Positions 54,821-64,000 of a stretch of DNA of 64,000 nucleotides are shown in pieces. How positions within the stretch are numbered: position 1 is the stretch's first letter; the number at the start of each line of letters is the position of its first letter. The stretch spans positions 39,620,001-39,684,000 of the forward strand of contig CM097885.1 of NCBI GenBank assembly GCA_044892525.1, read 5' to 3'. Source of the stretch: Schmidtea polychroa. Taxonomy: Eukaryota. The position numbers and the translations under genes are program-made. Under the pieces are notes generated by a model, which had not been told where the DNA came from, searched no databases, and was given only the letters and a program-made list of their open reading frames with translations.

Positions 54821-56022
54821 TCTTGAAAACTGCTTGTAAATGTGATTTTTTTCGATTTATTTAAAATTTTTTTTCAATTTTCAAATTCAGTTGATAACAC
54901 ATTCCTCTCAGGATTTTGGCAAATGAATTTTTAAAGTCTTCACCTTTATACCTGATCTGAAACTTTCTTCAAAATTCAGTAATTAAATTTGTTTTTTTCG
55001 GTTCTCTAATGTCTTTTTTGACTCGTTTTATTTTTTCATGAAATCTTCAATGCACTTTTGTCCTTTCTGTTTTGTACGTAGAAAATGTTTAATCTTTCTT
55101 TCTTTGGATCTCGATTAATATACGCAAAAAATTAAAATTGTTATTATAAATAATTTTTAAAAGAAAAATCAATGGTCAATGAAATCTTGAAATATTTTTG
55201 AGTTTCTAAATATAAGACAAAGTGTTTCTGATTTGCAGGAATGTGGCTCTTTGTCTTGAAAAAAATATTTTTGAAAAAAGAACACGAAGAGAGAACTTTT
55301 TTGTTCTTTGTCTTGCCAATGAGTCACCGTTGTCGTCGTCTTTGTTTTAATAGCCTTGACCTATTTCACAATCATCCAATTACTAATTATCTCTGTTCAG
55401 CAAAACTTGCTTCCCTTGTGTGGTCCATATTGGTCACAACCTAAGACTGATGCAATTAATAAAACTTTACACACTCTAAATTTTTAAATTGTTTTAATTG
55501 CTCCTTTGTTTTATATAATAAGTGCTGATGAAATGATTTTATTCCCTAAACGTCTTTGGACTAACGGAGGCGGTACTTTAAATACATGATTTTTTATACT
55601 AATTTTATTATCCACTGTTTACTTGGGGTTTTGTTTAAATGTTTACTTTTAGTATTAAAAATTCGATATGTAAAGATGAATTTTATTATTTATAAATTAA
55701 AAACTCATTATGTATAATAATAAAATTTAAAGCTTGAATTTTTTAGGGGGCCCAAATTGTTATGAAGTTAGTTATCAATTTTTTTGCTACTCAAATATTC
55801 AATAACACTTTGATTTTTCTTTCTAGATTAAGTTTCAACGAAATTAAATGTTATTATTATTATTTTATATAATTTTGATTAATTACCGACATTAATTGAA
55901 GCTGAAATATGAAGTTATGCATTGTTGATCATCAATTTGATCGTGTGCTGCATTTAAGCCACATCCGTTTACTATAAATCTAAATTACAATTAAATTTAT
56001 TATTGTTTTAACGGATCTTATA

Positions 56023-57029
56023 ATGACTTGCAAAAAACTTTTAGATTTTGCTTTCCTATTTTTATATTTTTTCTACTCCGTTATTTCTACAACTGACGTT
56101 GTTTCATTTTCTGAATATCCCAATAATGAATCTGTGCCTGAAGAATCATCAGCCAGTCAAACTTTCAATATAAGTTCAAACGACATTGTGAATATTACAT
56201 GCATTGTGGATAAATATGGCACAGGGTATATAGGAAATCGTAATACAACTTATGATGGGATCAAGTGCCTTGATTGGACGAAAAATATTATTCTTTATCG
56301 AAGATACAGAGAAAGAGGATTGAATATGACGAAAAATTATTGTCGAAATCCTGATGCTGATTCTTCTGGACCTTGGTGTTTCATCACAACGAGAAGTTTT
56401 CGATTAAGAAATTTCAAATTTAAGCCTTGCGGTATTCCACAGTGTAAAAGCAAATTACCAGCAAAAGGTTTTTTATTTGATAATTAGTTCCTTAATTTTG
56501 AGTATTTTCTAGACTTCACTATTGGATTTAAACTATTGGTTAAACGTGATTGTCCAATTGGATTTCGGAAAATAATAATCAACACGGTTCTTGATTCAGT
56601 CGCTTTCTGTTTGGCTGAGACTAACATTATTGACAAGCTGCCCCAAGGCAGATATTCATTTCAGGTGTTGAATGGTTCGAATTCGATTTGTCCCGAAGGT
56701 AGCTATTTGAATTGCGCAATTATCCATTTTTCATATTATTTATTTTAGGTTTTCAATACGAATCGATCAATCGGACATTTCTCTGCACAAAGACATCCAA
56801 TGTCTCTGAAGACACAATTGATTTTCCAAAATATCTTACCGCAAAATCTGGAGATTTGATTTTTGCACTATTGAGATATGGTGAAAATGCAAATTGCCCT
56901 CAAATGTCCATGAAAACATCCGTGGTAATCCGTCAGTATTCATCAGCGAACGGAAAGCCTTACATTTTGTGTTATTATTATTACAAATTATCCAATAACA
57001 AAAACAATATAGGTAATTTAAATCAATGA

Positions 57030-57119
<90 letters not shown>

Positions 57120-59232
57120 TTATTTTTTTATTTTTATTAGTATTAGTATTAGTATTATTATCATTAAACATGTTTTGATTATCACAAGATTAAATGAAAA
57201 ATAATATTTATGTGACATATATTTACAATGCTTAATATTCTATAGTATTAAATATATAATGGCTGGCATGCGAGGCGCATTTGATCAACGACAATAGGCG
57301 AAGTTCAAGTCGAACATCACATGAAGTGGCGTGATTAAATGATCAAATTTGTAGAAACTTTATATGGAACTAAATATTTCTTATATCTTTGAAAAGTTCA
57401 TGGAAAATGATAGTTTTGTTGAAAATCAACTACATTATCCGACAATTTAATTGAACCACAAATGAAAATGGAAATATCATCCTCTCAAAAGTTAAAGTAT
57501 TACTAGAACAAATCTTACCACTTTTACAGAATTATTAGGAGGACTTAATATGCTATCTACCTTAATTAAACCAATTTTTTGAGGCATAGAAATTTGCTAG
57601 AATACCATTATCCAATTAATCATACACTCATGATTTCGGAGCTTAGCGTATCAACTTAAATTTTTTAATCAACATTTTATTCAACAATAAATTTTTGTAT
57701 GAACAAGATATCCGTAAAGTTACCCAGTCACTTCATCTTCATTTCTTATCAAACCATAGACCGATAATTTTACTGACTATCACTAATTGTCTTTCAGAAT
57801 ATATTGTGATGCTAATTTGGTAGATTTTATAGCACTTATATCCAGGGAATCACATGACCCATTCCCAGTGCGGTGACCAGTCAAATAAGTCTGCCCGCAA
57901 AACAGCTCCGTCATATTATTTGTCGAATTTTTTGTAACCCATTAAATATTATATAAAGCTAGAAACTATCGAGATATTTATAAAATGTATTTATAAATAA
58001 ACCAACAACTTTAGAACATATAAATAAAGTGGAAAAAAATTAGTATCAATTTTTAGCTAAGTTCTTCAGAATCAGTTAAATTGTAAACAATTCCACAAAG
58101 ATAATTAAGACATTCTGTTTCGTCTTAGGTTGGAGCAAGAGTACAAAACTTCGATTCAGTTACATGTACTTCGCCTTTGATGCTTTTGGTTATCTGTTGC
58201 CTGCCTGGAATCTGATTATGTAGATCTCTGTTTTATCTTGTTTTTTGTAGATTTGTACAATGAGCTTGAAAACCGATGGATGATCACTTCACACATTTTT
58301 TATTAAAGAAATTGTTGGGCGTTTTAATCAGGGCTCTTTGGTTGAGATTGACTTTGTTAAACTATTTTACAGGATGCCTCACAATGCTTTTTACAAAAAT
58401 CATAAGTTTAATAAGTTCATAATGTATTTTTCAAGTATATTTAATATAATGACAGATCTAAATACACGTATGACTTTACCTAAATATATCATTTGTTGGT
58501 CACATAATGTGACAATACCACCCAGTAAGCTATATTTTTAAAATTTTTACCTAAAGAGATTTTTTCTGAAAAAACCGGTCAATAAAGAATAATTTCATAC
58601 GTGAAATGCAGAGTTTAATTTCATATAAAACCTTTTAATGACATTGCAATAAAAATATTTTAACATCACTGTCAATCATTTTTGCCAGTGTCCTACGTTG
58701 GCTACGCCACTATTTGTATTATTTCTTTATGAAAATGTTTCCCAAATTTTCATCAACCATTAGTAAGAATTTCGTCTAAATTTTCATATGTTTTCTTATT
58801 TTAATACAGTGAGTTTTTATTACCGAGACACTTTTAAAACAATAATTATATTTATTATCATCAATAGAAATTTTTTGGAAATTATTATATCATTTTTGTT
58901 ATATTCAGACAACAGATTAGCGGTTTTGATCATACAGAAAGAATGCCCGAATAATTGGAATTTAAACATAATGACATATAAGTGGAAATTCATGATCAAG
59001 GTTGATTTCAGTTTACAACGGTACATAGTTTATGCCTGTACCCCAAACAAAGATATATATAATTATCCTGATGGTGACTATTGCTTAATCAGTCTCACCT
59101 CGAGAAACGGTAGTCAAAAATCTTGCCCAAATGGTATTTTAATTATAATTAAATTTATTCAAATGGTATACGATTTGTTTTATTCTTCAAGGCTTAAATT
59201 TAAACAATTGTAAATATAGTAGTTTTTGTTGA
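56023..59232 (+). CDS. Secreted kringle-domain protein with C-terminal Cys-rich (ApeC-like) repeats, predicted 386 aa, 5 exons
   Basis: Exons 56023-56467, 56513-56698, 56749-57012, 58909-59133, 59192-59232 are joined by GT-AG phase-1 introns without frame breaks. Hydrophobic N-terminus; kringle motifs C..GTGYIG, KCLDW, NYCRNPD, GPWCF, CGIPQC. The last exon is less certain. Confidence 0.82.
57030..57119. repeat. (TTA)n microsatellite in intron 3 of the kringle gene
   Basis: Direct reading. Confidence 0.95.
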
Positions 59233-60529
59233 TGTATGACTTACTATGACGACATGATTCTTACTGACAGACTTATTTCGAGCTTATTTTTCTCTCGTCG
59301 ATCCGTGTAAGAAAAACTCGAACTCATTTAGAATCAAATTCAGAATCTAACCACTTCTCCAACTTACAATCAGACCATTTCAAATTTTATTTGCTCTTGA
59401 CAAATGTGGTTATATGATGTAGTGATATGTGGAATATATTAATTGTTCATACGCCTAATTTCTAAGATACCAAATGTATTTATAAATTTGATACGAATTG
59501 TTCAATTGTGATATCTTGGTGGTATCTTAGTGATGAAATGATTATATTCCACGCTCTTATTTCAAATTTATTAGGTTCAATTTCAGTTGAGATTTAATGT
59601 CTTATACGATACTGATGAAAACCAAATAATCTCAAAACTCGTCGTTTATTATTAGAAATCTCTTTACATTAAAACTTTAATTAAATCTGACATCTCACAA
59701 TTATTATTGCAATAAACTGAAGGCCTTGTGTTTATTCACCCGTTCATTACCGATGTTTCATATGTGAGTAAAGCTTTATAACTCGCGAATGAGAAAAAAT
59801 ATTTTCATGTTTTTTTAAATGAAAAACTCAAAATATCTATCAAATAAACTATTATTTATTTGTGTTTTCTAACAGCAACAGTATTAACACGTTGACTGAC
59901 ATACTTGTTTTAAATGTTTTACCCCGGGGGATAAAAAATTAATTTTTTTACATTGTCTTTAGTCGTCGATATTAAGTCCAGCTAAACAATTCGGTGACAT
60001 TCATCTTTTCTTTCGAAATATCTCACTCCACTATTTTATATGATAAAGAATATGAAATTCTGAAGATTCGTACTTGTCATAAGGCGATAATTTCAAAGAG
60101 ACTCAGAAACATGATAGAAACATAAATTGGCATAAAATAAATTCATTCCCACAAAAATTGGTTGAATTCGATTAATTCATTGGTTTTAATATGGAACATG
60201 TTGGTCTATTAGAACATTTCTTAGATTACGAAAGTGTATATTGCCTACAAAACAGACGGAGAATTCGAATAAATATGACAAAATGGACAAATATTCAAAT
60301 ACCCAAGTTAATTTATTTTTCGGCTAAAAATGCATTCATAAGTTTAGTAAAGAATATTGAAAGATTTTTGGTCTTGAGATTTATTTATAGGCGTATTTCG
60401 GCAATATTATGTCCAGAACTTGTGACAAAATTATGATAAATCTTTTTCTCGGAATGGTTTTCGATATTTTGTAATTTTGTTGAAATTCAGTTGTAATCAT
60501 TTCCTATATTTGTGAACTATTTAGCAGTT

Positions 60530-61292
60530 TATTTTTGTAGGAAAGTTACATGTCAGGATACTGTTTAACTAAAATTGAAAAATTATTATGTAATAAACCA
60601 AATTAAGTATGATGACATAACTTTTGTTTTAATTATTTTAATAATAATAAAAAAAGAAATAATTTTGTAAGAAGTTACATATCATAAAATTGTTTATATA
60701 TAATTATAAATTATTACATAACAACTTAAATTATTTATTATTTAATAACTGTTAATAATTATAAATAAAATAATTTTGTAAGAAGTTGCACATCATAAAA
60801 TTGTTTTTACACTCATGCCCCAATTTATGTGGTAGTTTTAAGCGCGGTCGGAAAAAATTTTGAGAATATGATTATAAATAAATATTTTTAATACTGTGGA
60901 TCTTTTTTAGGTGGATTTTTCGGAACGAATCTTCAAATTTAGTATGAAATCAAAGAGTTCATTTACGCAATTTTTTATCTTATGGAACTTATATTATATT
61001 TTTGTATGAATTCTTTGGATTTCTTACGCGGTTTCTATTTACACAGGGGTTCTGAAGAACGTATATACCGCACAAACCGGGGAATGAGTGTATACAAATG
61101 AAAAAATATTACGTTAACTTAAGTATAATGTAATATTTTTTTATTTTGTTCTAATTATTATGAAGAAATAATTTTGTAAATAGATACCTATCATAAATTG
61201 TTTATATATAATTGTAAAAATTATTATGTAACAGTTCAAATGAATTATGATGTAACAACCTATAATAATTATAAATAAAGAAATAATTTTGT
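60530..61292. repeat. Degenerate ~115-125-bp AT-rich tandem repeat, ~4 copies, interrupted by a MITE
   Basis: AATAATTTTGTAAGAAGTT.CA.ATCATAAAATTGTTT recurs near 60658 and 60769, and more diverged near 60530 and 61167. Confidence 0.6.
60810..61090. mobile_element. Tc1/mariner-type MITE, 281 bp
   Basis: TA|CACTCATGCCCCAATTTATGTGGTA ... TACCGCACAAACCGGGGAATGAGTG|TA. Confidence 0.75.
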
Positions 61293-63049
61293 GATTCAAA
61301 TCGTTTTGTTTACCTTTATCTGATAAATGATGATTGTCGATCATTATTATTATAAGCTTGTTATGAAATCAAATCGCATATTCCAAATTGTAATGGTTCT
61401 TCATTTCACTATGTTTATGTCGAAAATATATCATATGAACTTCACATAATGATTACTACAAATTGCAGATCCACATTTAATAGTATATTTCAAAGTTTAA
61501 ACAAATAATTGAATTAGGTTTATATTTTTCGATAAATATTATTTTAAAATGATTACAATGAATTAGAATCAATGGAAAATCGGAATTTAATTTAACTTAA
61601 ACTTTAATTTTTTTAATTGTTTTAATTCACCATTTATCGAAAAGTTTTTTTAATGGCACTAAATGAACAACATAAATAAATACAAAAATATTTTTCATAT
61701 TATTCTTTGTTTCCAAGGCTAAATTATTTCAAGGGACAAATTATTTCTTTGCCCTAAATTTAATCTGTTGAATGGGATTGTGACAATTGTCCAAATTGTT
61801 TTCGTAATCAAATTTCCCTAATAATTCAAGTTAAATAAAAGCGAGTAAATTTATTTTGTGAAGTAGAAAAGTTGAACCAAAGAATATCAATATTTTTAAG
61901 ATCTGCTCATTGACCTACCACTCTTTGAAGCTTAATCTCAAAATGAACTCTGATAAATGTTTTTACTGACAGGGCCATTTTAATGTCATCGTAGGCCCAA
62001 TGATTTATCACATTCGTATAATCCAGGTTCCCAACTGTGCCAATAATGCATTAAAACAAAATACACATTCATGTAATGGCTCTATTTCTTGACATTATCT
62101 TTAATCATGATTAATTAACTTCCTCAGTTTTGATTTTAATGGTTGTTGAATGTTATGGAACAATCTTTTGTCTTAAAACACGATAAATGCTTTATAATAT
62201 TTTACTTAAATGCTTAAAATATTTTAAATTAATAAATTAATTTAATAAAATCAATAAAATCTTGAAAAGAACAGCAAATTTAATTTAATTACTTACTGTA
62301 TAACTTAAAATGTTTTAGTATAAAAAATTTTAATTATTTATTATCTCATAAATTATTTTTTTCAAATGCTTAAGTTATTTTAAAAATATCTCATTTTCTG
62401 ACTTTCGTAGGTCCTAAGCAAGCCTATTATTGGATAAGACGGTCCTGCTTGGAGGATATTTTAAATAAATTTAATTAAAGTTATTCCGCCATGAAAAGTG
62501 CCCGCTTTTCCTGTAAAGTGATAAAAGTTAAAATTGTAACATCAAAAATAAAATTAATAAAATTCTGAAAAATTTACGGTCAAATTTAATTTTTAATGAT
62601 CTGAATTTTTAAATTTCATATATTTTAATGTAAATTTTTGTTACCCATGAATTGAGTATTATATTATGCTAATTATTCAAGATTATTCAACGGGGTTATT
62701 ACCGCTAAACACTAAGGGATACTTTTTAGGATATTTAGAAAAAAGCATTGCAAGATTAAAGAAAATATTATCAAATTAAAACCAAAACATAAGGAACATT
62801 TTTTTTATTTAATAATGTTTTATGAAAATTTATAAAAACAATTAATACATAATCCAATATCACATTTAATACACGTCTTTCTAACAATAGATTTGCAATT
62901 ACTACCAACAGAGGGTTTTTTTAACAATGATTGTTTGAATCATAGCCGAATCATAATGTTTCGAAAACTTTTGAGGAGGATTTTTGCATGACACCTTTGC
63001 CGCGACATAATATTTTGTAAATAGATTTGAACAATCCCTTACCAAAATT

Positions 63050-63900
63050 CTATTTGGGAATTTTCATTGCTATTTTTAAAATTCAGGCATTGTTAATACA
63101 AATATTTAATAATCAGGATAAGAGACTTGTACCACTTTTTATTGGAGATAGTGATGTGATATTTTGTAGCCTCTTCGTCCATTCAATGTATGTCTCCACC
63201 GTATTTGTTCTATTGACTCACAATGTCTGGTCTTGGGACTTGAATAATTTTCTTCAAGTTGCATGAATGACGTGAAACGTTTCCTATAGGTTCCACTCAA
63301 TGATTGTTGGGAACCATAGAAAAAGCCGATTTATCATGTCATTTCACGAACATAATTTTTTTCATCCTAAAAACAAACCATTCATGCCATAATTTAGAAG
63401 CTTTAACGTATTCACCATGTGAGTAACGACTTTACCAAATTTCTTTTGATTAAGTTCATTCTGGCTATCATTATTTCCTTGATAAATCTCAAAGTCCTCT
63501 ACGAACTGTATTCAACCTCCCAACTTTATACTCATATTTCATAGTTTAAGATCTAAAAAATAGCTTACATTTATGCCTTCCAAAATATTTAACCATACTT
63601 TCGTCAAATGACATGCTTTCTCTGGCATAACATTTTTGTGGAAATTTTTCTTAATTAAATTTATGAGTGGACAAAGTTTTCACATTTTATTTGTTAAGTT
63701 TGTTATCAGCACGATGAAAAAGTCATAATATTTCTTTGCATTATTTTATTCATTCGTTTACCAAATCCTTAATATCTTACCAATAGTATTTTATCACTCG
63801 GAAAAATTGTTAAAATCACTTAAAATTAATATCCCGATAAAAGTTTTAATTTCTATTGTAAAATTCGAATTCGGACCATTTATAAAGCTGGTATAATTAT
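63050..63900 (-). mobile_element. Decayed piggyBac (PGBD2/3-like) transposase
   Basis: Minus strand reads FHRADN, SFDESMVKYFGRH, IQVPRPDIV and YHITISNKKWY, with stops and frameshifts. Confidence 0.8.
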
Positions 63901-64000
63901 TTAGATTTTTTTCCTAAGTTGAGAAATAGTACCCTTCATAAAAGATTCAAATAAATTATAAAGATCGCCTTCATATTTTTCTGCCGAATCTTTATCAGTT

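Noticed and set aside
61970..62447. hAT-like MITE (CAGGGCC...GGTCCTG)
   Set aside because: TIR match is very short and there is no 8-bp TSD.

Overview
Eukaryotic, very AT-rich DNA with short (45-58 nt) GT-AG introns. An invertebrate such as a planarian flatworm is plausible, but that is inference only. Bases 1-27803 are a near-homogeneous head-to-tail array of a 278-bp unit, each carrying one tRNA-Arg(UCG) gene; 100 copies lie in the window and the array is open at the left edge. The array stops mid-spacer, 55 nt after the last tRNA. There an (AAT)n/poly-Asn tract begins, followed by a co-oriented R2-like non-LTR retrotransposon of probable NeSL/R5/Utopia type. It has a Cys/His-rich N-terminus, a Ulp1-like domain lacking the catalytic His/Cys and an uninterrupted RT, but the C-terminal endonuclease is missing. 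The rest of the window is a transposon graveyard (piggyBac, MULE, hAT, Tc1/Tc2-type MITEs, a Polinton-like fragment, an older decayed relative of the same retroelement). It also holds an eIF4B/4H-like RRM pseudogene, two orphan copies of the tRNA array unit, and a 5-exon gene for a secreted kringle + Cys-repeat (ApeC-like) protein. All calls are by eye; no searches were run.
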